A DNA stretch of 64,000 nucleotides. Origin: the human T2T-CHM13v2.0 reference genome, Homo sapiens. The stretch lies in the NCBI RefSeq assembly GCF_009914755.1, contig NC_060928.1. One strand, written 5' to 3'. Shown in pieces: positions 13,480 through 26,605 of this stretch. Made by a program: the position numbers and the translations under genes. Every line of letters begins with the position of its first letter. Within the stretch, counting starts at the first letter, position 1. Below the pieces are notes generated by a model. That model was not told where the DNA came from and searched no databases. It saw nothing but the letters and a program-made list of their open reading frames with translations.

Positions 13480-13776
13480 GGCCGGGTGCAGTAGCTCACG
13501 CCTGTAATCCCAGCACTTTGGGAGGCCGAGGCGGGCAGATCACGAGGTGATGAGATCGAGACCATCCTGGCTAACGCGGTGAAACCCCGTCTCTACTAAA
13601 AATACAAAAAATTAGTCAGGCGTGGTGGCAGGCGCCTGTAGTCCCAGCTACTCGGGACACTGAGGCAGGCGAATGGCGTGAACCCAGGAGGCGGAGCTTG
13701 CAGTGAGCTGAGATTGTGCCAGCCTGGAAGACAGAGCGAGACTCCGTCTAGAAAAAAATAAAATAATAATAATAAT
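13480..13776 (+). mobile_element. AluY
   Basis: AluY diagnostics (gagatcgagaccatcctggctaac, aatggcgtgaacc, ggagcttgcag); A/AAT tail; TSD aaaaagaaaag. Confidence 0.95.
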
Positions 13777-15454
13777 AAAAAGAAAAGCAATAATAAGAAT
13801 TCAACCAAAAGGGATAAAGTCAGTCTGAACCTACCCACCTCCCTTCTCCCCGCACCAGTTTGCATGCACCCTCTTATGTATATTGTATGGTTAAAATATG
13901 TAACTGAATTTTTAAGGGAGGTTAGAAGATAGATGCATTTTAGGCTTGAAGACATTGCTTTGAAATCAAGGAGTGAGGGAAACACAGAACAGATATTGTG
14001 ATTCAGAACACGATAGTAACATAGTAAGGGAAAGGATATTCCCTTGAACATGTACGACATTCAGTAAAGTCAATGATCAGCCACTGAAGAGTGAAATACT
14101 GATGTTTAAGATTGTGTAGGTGTAAATTTGTAGAGATCTACACATAAGAAGGTATGCTGTTACTTCAGCTCTGACTTAAATGGTGAACCTCTATTTCCAG
14201 TAGCATGATGGTCTATGTATCCTGAATGACCATCCAATCAAAACCAATAAAGTGTTTGAAAATAAAATATTTCTTAAATCTTATTTATTGGAATACTGAG
14301 GAGACACGGTAGAAAAAAAAAATCAGTGTCCCAAAGTTAAACAAAAGCAGAAACACTAGAGAGAATAAATAACCTCCAAAGTCAGCTGAGGATTCCAATA
14401 GGAAACTTCAGCATAAAACCAGAAGCTCCAAAGTGCTATCTTTGGGTCTTTCAAACCTCCAGAAATGGAGCTTTTACACATTACATAAACATAGTTGCCT
14501 CCTCATGTGAGAAACACCACTGTCCAACACACACAATTTCACATAGACTTCAGGAGCGGTGCAGTTTTCTGATACTTTTTGTACCCAGAAAAATAAAGTT
14601 TTGTTTTTAAACTGCTTTAGAATTTATAAGATATTTTGGCATATGTATCTTCATTTTACCTCAAAACCTCCTTATGATGTTAGAATCTTTTATTAATCTG
14701 GTTAAGAGATTAAGGAACCTGTGGTAAGAACAAAGACTGATGCAGAATTTGGAATTAAATCTGTTTTTTTCTGATTCTGAAGCTTGTATACTGTCCCAAT
14801 CTCTCCAAATGCAGTCTGTTAATGTGGTAAATTTCATTTTCTAGGTTCACCCTACATCAGTGGAATAGTTCATGCCCTGGGAAAATTTGGCTCCCTGCCT
14901 AATAGATTGTTCAAAGTCTTAAAACAAGAAAAGTGAAGTATTTTCTTCATTTTGTTTTTTTCCTGATGATCCAGCCTAGAAATTGAGTACAGAGCAACAG
15001 AAAGCAATGACACCCACAAGTCATTCCAAACTTTCTGGGTTATTAAACTTAATGGATCCAAGTCACGCCTATGTAGTTGGCTCAATAAATCAGTACCAGA
15101 GGAGTTCCAATTCAAAATAATCTCTACTTGAGCTTACTACTAATTTCTTATTCTTTATCAAATGCATCAGGTCATCTATGAGCCTGAAGAGTATTTTCAA
15201 TTAACTATCCTAAAATCTATTTTTATAATTTTTAACTTTATAAATAATCTAATGATGTAAATCAGTAAACATGAAGATATATTAAAAAACTGAAACTAAA
15301 ACTAAAAACCAGAGGAAACCCAATAATAAAAAATTTGCAGAAAGTTTCTGGCAAATAAAATCTTACACCAAAAGAAACAATAAAATTTAATTTTACATTG
15401 AAAGAAATACTTTCAATGATGATGGTAATTATATTGATGAAAACATCTGTGTCT

Positions 15455-15546
15455 CATATATATCATGTATATATTTATATGTGTATCATATGTATGTGTG
15501 TATATGAACATGCATATATATGTGTGTATGTGTACATATATATATA
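15455..15546. repeat. TA/TG low-complexity repeat
   Basis: Alternating tatatgtgtgtatg runs. Confidence 0.8.
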
Positions 15547-16329
15547 TTTTTTACATTTATAATATTAGCCCTTATATGACTTGAGGGAATTATATTAAAA
15601 TGTTATTTTCCTTTGGTATTTAAGACATTTCAGGAAGGGAAGATTTCAGAGACTGGATTATTACAAGGACAACACTATAACACTCAGAGACTAATAGTGC
15701 AATGGAGGACTAGCTTCCACTCTCTGAAGGGATTTGACAGGCATCTCAGTAATCCAGTAGATGACAGTTTCATATCCTAGACCCTAGAGGTCGAGTAAGT
15801 GGAAAGAATTTTGAGTACATATTCGGGTGGGTAAATTCCCTCTTGTTCTCTATCTCTGTATCTTTCTTTCCTTTTAATTTTTATCATTAAAGAAAAAGAC
15901 TGAATTACAATTTTGGCCTGGCCCCTGATAGAGAATGGCTGCATTTGTGAACCTTGCCTCTACCTGAAGTAGAAAAACTTTTTCTAGTTATTCCTTCAAG
16001 GTCTGCCATCTCCTTGAGGCTTCTCATAAAATGATAATTGTAACAATACTACTAAATTGCATACTTATCATGTTTCATACGTTTATAAAATTTTTCCCAA
16101 ACATTTTCTCATTTGATTATCACAATAGCTCTTCGATGCCAGAGAGGACAGGTGATTCCATCTCCATTTTGTTACTGGTTATACCAAAGTCTAGCCTGGA
16201 GACGGTTACTACCTAATGTATTCAGCCCTACAATGATTGCTCTCTGCTTTTGAATTCTTACTGCACATGTAGCCTGTACCATTTTCTAAACCTAGATCGT
16301 TGGTGGGTATGTCAAGATCTTTCTGGTGG

Positions 16330-16572
16330 GTAATAATATAATAATAACTCACATATCATTCTCAGAATATGTCAAGTACTGTTTAAGAACTTTACATGTA
16401 TTAATTCATTTAATCCACATCATAATCCTAAGAAGTTAGCAATATTATTATCTAAATTTTACCAGGAGGAAACTTCAACAAAGAGCTTAAGTGACTTTCT
16501 CAACCCACGTCTCTAGTAGGTGGTGGAGGCTGAATACAGAGAAAGTCAGTTGGCTTCCAACACCTGTGCTCT
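16330..16572 (-). mobile_element. MIR (near full length)
   Basis: actttacatgtattaattcatttaatcc...aaattttaccaggaggaaactt...agagcttaagtgactttct MIR core. Confidence 0.8.
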
Positions 16573-17632
16573 GGTAGACTAGCTTTTGATTGTATAGTTT
16601 TAATGTAAATGTCATTGTTCTTACTATTTTAAGTTATAACTAACATACTTCAGGTTTAATAAAAGCAACAAGATAGCTTCTAGTTATCCAATAGAATAAT
16701 TGTGGAATCTGTTTGAAAGCTACAAGTCTCTAGTCATGGAAGTGTTTTCAGTGGCCTCTGCTGCCCTCAGCCCCATAACTTTTTTATGTACTTGTGTAAT
16801 AGAATACACTGAAAATGGGAGTGAGGCTCCCACAATAGCCAAGTTCCTTTGGCCAACTATGACTTTACTATTATTGTATTACAATAGCAGGCTGCCTATG
16901 ACATGAGACAGAAATTGACCGTATTTATAGTTAGTTATCCCATATTTCACAAATCAGTGCCTCAGGGGGTGTGGTGGTGGTTATTTTGTTTATTTGACAA
17001 TTTTGTTTAATTTTCTATTGCACCTTTAGCTCACATCTCCAAGAACATTTCAACTATAAAATGCTTTCACTGTGAAACTAAAAGTGTTCTAACTTTTCCT
17101 GAAGGAACCTCTGTGGCTCCCCAATTGTGAACTTGGCTAGGAGCAAGGTGGTTCACGTATCTCTTCATTGGAAGACTACAAAGGTGGGAAGGTTCACCAT
17201 AACCACAATTATAGTAGCCCTCTTTGATGTCAAAGTCCACCAGGGTGGTCATCCCTCCTACTAATATTTGTGAGATTAGCTCTCCAGTGTGGTGGGCTCT
17301 GACTGTTGGACATTTTTTCTTCCTCTACTATTAACACTTCCAATAGCCAACATGTTGGAAATTATTTAGAGAGTATCTTCACAATTTCAGGTGATTGGTC
17401 AGCCAACATATATCCATCAAGTGCTCTTGAGATCCAAATCAGGGAAGCTTGCAAACTTTGATTTAAAACACTACAAGAGGCAATGCAAGAGAGCACATTT
17501 CAATGCTCTGGCTTATTCCACTGCACATGTCTGCTCACTTAGCTATTTTCTATGAGAATGGCAAAAATATTGCATGGTGGTGAAAAACAGACTCTGGGAG
17601 TAGCCTGCCTGGATTTGCCTGATTCTTCTGCC

Positions 17633-18196
17633 TGTCAAGATTGCATAGGGAAAGGAAGCATCTTTTCTTCCCATGTTTGGTTCAGGGCTGAAGCCCCCAT
17701 AATGAAAGACAGATTAAGAAGAGAAAAGCACACAAATGTGTTCAATGTTTTATATGACATTGGAGACTTTATAAGGAAATGAAGTCCCAAAATCCAGGTA
17801 AACCTGTGTGTTTTATGCTAGGTTGAATTAAGAAGTGGGTAGTCATGGAGAAACATAATTAGACAAAGAGGATATGATTTAATGGTGATTGATGTAAAGG
17901 GGGGTATGATTGAATGGCAGGTTGGGTGCATAGCAAGGCCTATTCATTTAGATTTTTTTTTCTCTGTCCTCTGTCTTCAGAGGTAAAGATCTTTCTTTCT
18001 TCTGGGTACAGGGAGGGTACCTCTTGAATGAGGGTCTTATAATCTATTTCAGAAAAAGCTCAGAGAATTATTCTAGGTTGTATGACCTACTTCAGGAAGA
18101 TGGGTGGGTGGAAGATAAGAGTTATCCTCCAGATTTTGCTGTTTTCTCAAATGCCAAGATGTCATATTTTGGGGTAGCATGCCCTAAACCCCATCA
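17633..18196 (-). mobile_element. MER39-type ERV1 solo LTR
   Basis: Reverse strand begins tgatggggtttagggcatgctaccccaaaatatgacatcttggcatttgagaaaacagca (MER39/MER34 group 5' end). Confidence 0.8.
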
Positions 18197-18660
18197 ACTG
18201 CATTTTCAAATATTTAGAATAGTGCCTGGAACATAGCATCCCATGCCAGGGTTCCTGGTGTTATTATTACCTGCAAAGATGCTATCTTTCAGATGAGTCA
18301 TTCTCAAAGTATTTTCTACCTAAGAATGCTAAGAATGATATGCAGAGACTTTGAAAACTTAAGATTATTAACTCTACCCCAGGTCTACTCAATATATGTT
18401 TGGCAAACTATAGTGTAGAAATTTCTATTTTTAACAAATTAAAATACTCATGCAGGTAGTTCTGATACAATAGCTTAAAGACAAACATTTGAGCAAAATT
18501 GATGATTACCTTTTCAATATATATAGTGTTAGCTTTTAAAGATCTATTACTAAATCTTTATATTTGTAAGACATTCACTAAAATCATATAAAAGGTTCAT
18601 CCACAACTATTTACAAAATACCTAATCTGAATATATGTGCTTTGTTTTCTTGTTAAAATA

Positions 18661-18957
<297 letters not shown>

Positions 18958-19899
18958 TCACATTTCGCTCACAACAAAGTGGAGGATATTTAATACTTTC
19001 CCAAATTGTCCTTTTACCCATCCCTTAGGACTCTCAGGAGCACATGTCACATGTAGACAACTGAAAGAAGGAAATAATTAAGCAAGTTGTAAGCTTCAGC
19101 AGTATAATAGAAAGACAATTAGTAAGAGACTAGACTACTCTTTTGGAAACCTAATATATAAAAATGGAGGGTGGGGGTTTCCTTTAGCCTCCCCCAGTGT
19201 GACTATTGGAGTTGGGATACCGTTGGAAACCCCTGCTCAGGGAAGGAGTAAAGACTCCATGATGCTACATAGAAGTGATGAGATCTTAGAACAATGGAAA
19301 AGCAATGCCAACTAGCAACAAAGACCCAAGGCCACGCCAAATGGCATTGAATCAGCACAGCAGCAAAATTAAGAGAAAAGAACAGCTTAAAATGTAAGCC
19401 ATTACTAGAGAGAAGGTGTCAACAATTAAGAAACATTTTGAGTCCAATTAAGGAAGATTTTGAGCCAAGCTAGTTCAAGAGAGTTATGCTGGGCTCTCTC
19501 TGTTCTGCATATAGAGATGTAGACTACCCTTACATCATCACATAAGGAGGGCTAGACTCCCTCAAGATGAAGAATAGAGTCTCAGTTTAACCCTACTCTG
19601 TGAAGTGGAAACAAACAAACCAATGGTAATTACATCATCAGGTCGTTGTTGAAGGTTTACAGGGATCACATGGAAAAACACATAGAAAAATCCTTTGCCT
19701 GTGATAATGTTACATAATTACCAGGGTAAATATTGCACATATAATAGTTCATTTTGAGATTACTTTATACTAGCAGTTCTCAAATTTATGGCCTGGAGAC
19801 GCCTGGAGGTCCCAGAAAACATTTAAAGCTTTAGAAAGCTCAAAAATATCTTTGACAAATGTTTATTTTTGGTTAAAACAAACAAATACATAACATAAT

Positions 19900-20088
19900 A
19901 AATAAGCATATGTGGCACACACATACAGTGGAATATTATTAAATCTTAAAAAGGAGGGAAATCTCACATACTACAACATGGATGAACTTCTAGGATATTA
20001 TGCTAAGTAAAATAAGCCAGTCACAAAAAGACAAATATTGTATGATACCACTTATATGCGTTAACTAGATACAGAAAGTAGAATGATG
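19900..20088 (+). mobile_element. L1MA/MB 3' fragment
   Basis: catacagtggaatattatt...ctacaacatggatgaac...attatgctaagtaaaataagccagtcacaaaaagacaaata. Confidence 0.85.
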
Positions 20089-20147
20089 GTCAAAACTATT
20101 TTAAAACAATATTCCATTAGTCTGCTCACAGTGCCATAGTAAAATAC

Positions 20148-20678
20148 TGTACGGTAGGAAAATAATTTATTTCTCAATCCTCATAAATTTTAGTTAGATT
20201 GAATTCCTATAACAAAAGACAAATTTACAAGAAAAAAACCCAGAATTTTATTCACATGCATATTTTCCTATATACATGAGAGGTACCCATGGAATAAGTA
20301 GTTCTTAAAGAGGTAGCTTTGATTTCTAGCTTTAGCATTTTCAGAAAGAAAGGTTTATTTTTGGAACAGTGACAAGAAATTTGGGGTAAGCAAATTAAGG
20401 GAAGGCAAACAAATGGCAGATTCAGTTGAGTAAATAATGTTGATTCCTCTGGTGTATCTGTAGGGCAGTAAGGGTTTAAATTGTCTTCAGTGCTTTACTT
20501 TTGTTCTCTCTGGTGAAAGGAACAGTGGGATACCTTCTGTGTCTGTAACTGTATGTACTGCTTTTAGGCAAATAGAAAGCAGAGAGCTTTGCTGCATCTG
20601 CTTCATAACTGCTTTCAGCTCAATGATCCTTATGCCAAAACAGGCATGTTTTGGAGTGGTATGTTCTGGTCTCCCATA
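20148..20678 (-). mobile_element. MER34(A)-type ERV1 solo LTR
   Basis: Reverse strand begins tatgggagaccagaacataccactccaaaacatgcctgttttggcataaggat; perfect 4-bp TSD atac (20144-20147, 20679-20682). Confidence 0.85.
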
Positions 20679-20729
20679 ATACGATTCACTGGTTGGCTTA
20701 AGCAACAGGAATTTACTTATCTCAGGACT

Positions 20730-21063
20730 TTTTTGTTTGTTTTTTGTTTTGTTTTTGTTGGGGGGGTGGACAGAGTCTTGCTGTTGTCACCCAGGCTGGA
20801 GTACAGTGGTGCAATCTTGGCTCACTGCAACCTCCATCTCCTGGGTTCAAGCTATTCTCCTGCCTCAGCCTCTTGAGTAGATGGGATTACAGGTGCCCAC
20901 CACCACACCTGGCTAATGTTTGTATTTTTAGTAGACATGGGGTTTCGCCATGTTGGTCAGCCTGGTCTCGAACTCTTGACCTCGAACTCCTGACCTTAGC
21001 TGATCCACTCGCCTTGGCCTCCCAAAGTGCTGGGATTACAGGTGTGAGCCACCACACCGGGCC
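20730..21063 (-). mobile_element. AluS (Sq/Sp-like)
   Basis: Full dimer antisense; sense ctgaccaacatgg; degenerate TSD ttatctcag/ttctctcag. Confidence 0.92.
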
Positions 21064-21439
21064 TTCTCTCAGTTCTGAAGGCTAGAAGTCTAGAAGTCTG
21101 AGATCAGGATGACAACCTATTTGGTTCTTGGTGAAGGCTGTCTTCATGGCTTGCACATGGCCACCAGATTCTTGCAGACGAGCAGATTCTTGCTATGTTC
21201 CATGGCTTTTCCTTGGTGTGAGCAGGGAAGGGAGGGGGTTGGAGCTCTGCTCTTTCTTCTTAAAAAGCCACTAATCATGTCATGGGCCACCCTCCGCTCC
21301 ATCATAAAGGCAAACATTAAAGTGATTTACAAAAAACTAAAACAATGTTTTCCTTTTTCTAATGTTCCTTCTTATTTTATAAATTATATTTTCATAAAAC
21401 ACTATTTATATCAACAGGTATTTGGTTCATTATGTTTAA

Positions 21440-21821
<382 letters not shown>

Positions 21822-22167
21822 AATATATATTTTAAATACATTCTCAGTTTTAATTTCTAATGTAGGAAATATTGATAAATGCAATCAGGTAAGCACATGT
21901 TCTTCAGGTCTATAATAATATGTAAGAGTGTAAAGGGATCCCAAGGCCAAAACTTTTAAGAACTATGCCTTATATCAAATGTTTAGCAATCCTCCTATAA
22001 CTTTTTGGTATAATCTTCAATACACTGCATTTTTATTGATTATTTTATGTCAGAAAGGTATGGCTTGTTATAGTGGAAATTATAACAGTAGAGTTTTATG
22101 TAAAGTGAGCACTAGACTGAATGGGCCTCAGGAGACAAAGGTATTAATCATAGATATGCTGCAGACT

Positions 22168-22339
22168 AAAGTTGCCAGGTTTAATTCAGTTAAATTTGAA
22201 TTTTAGATAAAGATCGAATAATATTTCAGTGTTAAATATGTCTCATATGCTATTTGGGACATACCTATTCTAAAAATAAATTCATTGTTTTTTAAAAATT
22301 CAAATGTAATAAACATCCTGTATTTCATCTGGCAACTCT
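22168..22339. mobile_element. MER53 palindromic hAT MITE
   Basis: TIRs gttgccag.../...ctggcaac; internal arms aaatttgaatttt/aaaattcaaat; central atgtctca...tgggacat. Confidence 0.85.
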
Positions 22340-22736
22340 TTCTCAGATTACTCTGACTTTAAGCTACTTTACATCTACATTTTTTTTTCTTATCAGTAAA
22401 ATAATGAATATGAATTTCCCCAGCTGACACCCTAGTCACTCTATGAATCAAATGTCAATATACCTAACCTTGGGCTAAATGTCAGGGAAAATGAGAAAGA
22501 TTAAGTTATTAGAGCCTTCGAAGAGAAATATGTGCTTGGTACAATTGATGTGAACAAGGAGAGCTTTGAGGAAACTTCTCAAGGGCAAAATTGGATCATT
22601 TTGGTTAGAATCATCCTTCATTCCCAGGGCTGTGTCAGGCAGTCCACCTAGAGAATAAAAGATAATGCCTGGATCACAGCTATTATTTCTCTTGAGTTTG
22701 ATGGCCTGGGGCATGCTATTTAAGATGATATAGATT

Positions 22737-22800
22737 GGGTGACCATATGACCTAGTTTGCCCTGACAAGTTCCAGTTTAGATCTCTTGTCCTAGTATCCT
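22737..22800 (+). mobile_element. MER94-like hAT-Blackjack fragment
   Basis: gggtgaccatatgacctagtttgccctgacaagttccagttta...ttgtcc. Confidence 0.55.
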
Positions 22801-23479
22801 TCCCAGTTTAGTACTTTTTCCTCTAATAGGGACTGAAAATGACAAAAAGCCATACCCATCATGAATCATGAGAGAGTCTTAAGGAAAGACAACCTTACTG
22901 AGGTCTGGCAAAAAGGAAATACATGGCCAACACTGTATCCCTCAACTTCCTGTATTAATCCCTACCTCCAGGAAAAGGCATAAGAAAGGATTATATTTGA
23001 ACACTCCCTAACTATTCATATTTTAATAAAAAATAAAAACATCAAATAATGTATAATCTGGTAGAGGAAGACAGGAATTTCTCAGAAGAAGAAATGAAAG
23101 CAAAGGCTGTCAAGGAAACCTCTCCCTATGGAGAGGTTAGGGAATTGGTTATCTAGTTTACAGTTCCAGAAATTTTAGATAGATTAATAATCCAAACATA
23201 TTTCTCCTTTAGAAAAATATGCCCTAAATTCTGTATCACTTTCATATAGCCTACCAAATATGATAATGTAATTTCTGATGATTCTTATATAAACCCAAAG
23301 TATTATGTTTAAAAGTAGATTTAAGTGTGTAATTAGATTAGATTGTCTATAAATTTTATGTAATGATAGTAAAAGTGATGCTATAAATATTTTTTACAAA
23401 GTGAAGTATTAGAAATATAGGGCTGACAGCCACTTTACTCATAGTCAAAGAGAAGGTAAAATCAAATACCCTACACAGA

Positions 23480-23625
23480 GAAGCACTTACTGTGTGTCAG
23501 ATACTATTCCAACTCTTCTACTGTGTTAACTCATTTAGTCCTTATAAAAAAACTAGAGATAAATGCTATAGTTATTCTCATTTAAAAGTAATGACACTGA
23601 GGCCTCAAGAGTTTAAGTGACTTTA
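23480..23625 (-). mobile_element. MIR
   Basis: gcacttactgtgtgtcagatact...taactcatttagtcctta...acactgaggcctcaagagtttaagtgactt. Confidence 0.8.
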
Positions 23626-24004
23626 TCTATAAAACAAACATAATGCCTTCTCCAAACTGCCTTTACCAAAATGAATGAATTGATTTGATTAAACAAATAT
23701 TTATTGTACACCTACTATGTGCTAGACAAAAGGACAAACTTCAGATGAACAATGCAGCGGGGCAGCAATTTTACAGCATTTCACCATTAATTTTATCTCT
23801 ACTTATCCCAATACGTACTTCACACTGTCTTCTCTTTTGCTAAATCTCCATGTTCTTTCTTCCGTACATCATGTTTTATACATGACATCCGTCGCTCATA
23901 CTTCATAGAGAAATACAAACTGTGTAAGACTTTCTTAGCATGCCACCTACGAACCTGTAAGCCTACATGAATCTGAATTCATCCTTTCCATTCAATTAAT
24001 TGGC

Positions 24005-24180
24005 ATTCGTTGCATAACCACTCGAATACTTAATATCTTCAAACAACAATCATTTAGTAGCTGAGAATTCTATGACAAGTAAAGTTGGGATCAGCCGGGC
24101 AGTTGTTCTGCTGTTTCCTTCTGGGCTGAGTCATGTGGCTATAGCAGGCTGCCTGCTCTCTCACAGCTAGAAGGTCTAGA
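24005..24180 (-). mobile_element. Old MLT1 LTR fragment
   Basis: aaacaacaatcattta...gaattctatg...cagccgggcagttgttctgct...ctgggctgagtcatgtggct. Confidence 0.6.
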
Positions 24181-24199
24181 ACACGGCTTTCTGATACCA

Positions 24200-24405
24200 C
24201 AGACGCTGGGCACATGTGGCTATTTAGTACTTAGATAGAAGGTGATATGCTACAAGTGTAAAACACACATCAGGCTTTGAAGACTTAATACAAAAAAGTA
24301 AAATATCTCAAATATTTTTAATGTTAAGTGTGTGTTTAAATGCTAATATTTGAATATGTTGGCTTAAATAAAATATGCTATTAATTTCACTTATTTTTAC
24401 CTTTT
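24200..24405. mobile_element. MER33-like hAT-Charlie fragment
   Basis: cacatgtggctatttagtactt; tgctacaagtgtaaaacacacatcaggctttgaagacttaatacaaaaaa; ttaaataaaatat. Confidence 0.75.
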
Positions 24406-24409
24406 TTTA

Positions 24410-25100
24410 TTTTTACCTTTAAAACATATGGTAAAATACACAAAGCATATTTACCATCTTTACCACTTTTGAGTCTACTGTCTGGGCATGTTAATTACAT
24501 TCATATTGTTGTACAACCAATCTCCTCAATTCTTTTCATTTGCGTAATAGGAACTCTACATCCATTAAACAATTTCCATCCCTCCTTTTTCCCAGCCCTT
24601 TGAAACCACCATTCTCCTCTTTGTCTCTATAAAGTTGATTACCATAGGTACCTCATATAAGTGGAATCATACAGTATTTTCCCTTTTGTGACTGGCTTTT
24701 TTTTACTCAGCTTAACATTCTCAAGATTCACCCATTTCTTTCCTTTTAAAGGTTGAATAATATTACCTTGTATGTATTTACTGTATTTTATTCATCTATG
24801 TATTCTTTCATGAACACTTGGACCACTTCCACCTCACTCTTGCATATCAAGTTGCTATGAACATGAGTGTACAAATATCTATTTGAGTTCCTGCTTTCAA
24901 TACTTTTGTGTATATACTCAGAAGTGAAATTGCTGAATTACCTAATAATTATGTTTTATTTCTTGAATTGTCATACTGTTTTCCTTATCAGTGGCACCAT
25001 CTCACATTCCCACCAACAGACCTAAGTGTTTTGATTTCCCTTTACAAACACTTGTTAATTTTTTTTTTTTGATAGTAGCTATCTTAATGGGTGTGAGGTT
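24410..25100 (-). mobile_element. L1MB 3' end
   Basis: ggtaaaatacac...tttaccatcttt...aggtacctcatataagtggaatcatacagtattt...ttcccaccaaca...atcttaatgggtgtgagg. Confidence 0.85.
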
Positions 25101-25559
25101 GCTAGCATTCATTGTTAAGTGATAGTTTCAGTAGAAAGGAATTCTCTGCTGACTTTGCAGATATTGTTCCTTGTATTCAGGCTTCTATTGCTGCTTCTCA
25201 AAATTTAACTGTGGGTATCATTAATCATCCCTTATTGGCAAGTGCATCTGTTATTTCTTTCTGAATGCTTTTAAGATTGTCTATTTGTCTTTAATGTTCA
25301 GAACTTTTATTCACATGTCTAAGTGTTTGCTGATCTATTGAAATGTATTTGTCAGGCCAAAGCTGACATCCAGCCTGCCAAGTAAAATAAATAAATCTCT
25401 GTTCTCAGTTTTTAGATACACTTTAGCCTTGCTCAACAGAAATAAATACTATCATATATCTGAAATATTATCTCACAGTCTGTGACTGCCCATTTTCATA
25501 GCTTTCCTTTTATTATGCTAGCTAGTAATTCCTGGTCAATTTTTTTTTATATTCCTTAT

Positions 25560-26605
25560 TCTTATCTGACCTCTAAATATTTGATATTTCCAAACCTTTC
25601 ACTCTCTTTATATACATCTTCTCCCTAGGTGATCACATACAAGTCCATAGATTTAAATATCAACTATATGCATATGATTCACAATTATGTAACTCTGCCC
25701 CAAACTCTCTTTTGAGGTTCATATACATATGACAGATTTGCTATATAGAGTGACATTTGAAATGTATTAACAATGTCCTTAAGGCCTATTCACACTATCC
25801 TAACATGTTTCTCACTCAGTGGTTTTCATAGAAATAAATGCCATTAGTATCAAGCCAGATGCTCAAGCTGAAACCAGTTAACCTTCTCTTTATCCCCTGC
25901 ACCTAAACTCTGAGCATATTCTCCAAGTAATGTCTCCATCATCACTGTATATTCTTAGCTGGATCCACTCTTACCTCTAACCTGATTACCTCCAATATAG
26001 TTCCCCAGACTGGTCTTTTCATATTACCTTCTACAATCTATTCTATTTTAAATGGAGACACCCTTTGAAAAATGTAAATCAGATCACATTTCTACCCTGC
26101 TCAAAAACATCCAATATACTTAGAATGAAGTCCACACAGCCTAATGATAGCCTATAAAACTTAGCATGGTCTGGCCTTGGCCCACCTTTCCAACATCTGC
26201 TATTGCTCTCTTCTTTGCTCACTAGGGTGCAGCCATGCTGTTTTCCTATGCAGTGCCTTGACCAGGCCAACCTCATTTGTGCCTTGAAGCCTTTGAATTT
26301 GTTGTATCTATAATTGGGATATTCTTTGTTTTTTTTTTTTTTTTTTTCAGCCTTCGGGTCTCACATTTTATTGTAGTCAGCCCTCTGTCCTATCTTGAGT
26401 GGCACCATCCTCCCATTCCTAGTCAATATGACTTAAGACATTTTATTTTCTATGAGACACTTCTTACCATCCAATGTCATCCTGCATATTTAAAGTTTGC
26501 CTCTTTTAACAAGACCATAAGTTCCATGGGGACAGAGAACATGTTTACCTAGGACCTATCATGATGACTATCATAGAAAATGCTCATTGTTTGCTGAATT
26601 AATCT
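25560..26605 (+). mobile_element. L2 3' portion
   Basis: ctccctaggtgatcac...tttaaatatcaactatatgc; aaaatgtaaatcagatcacatt; taagttccatgggacagaga; ends tgtttgctgaattaat. Confidence 0.8.

Larger units (their letters stand above)
20112..21295 (-). mobile_element. MLT1A-type MaLR LTR split by MER34 LTR and Alu
   Basis: ccattagtctgctc...aaaatac | ctggttggcttaagcaacaggaatttac | cagttctgaaggctagaagtct...gagatcagg...ggttcttggtgaaggctgtctt. Confidence 0.75.
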
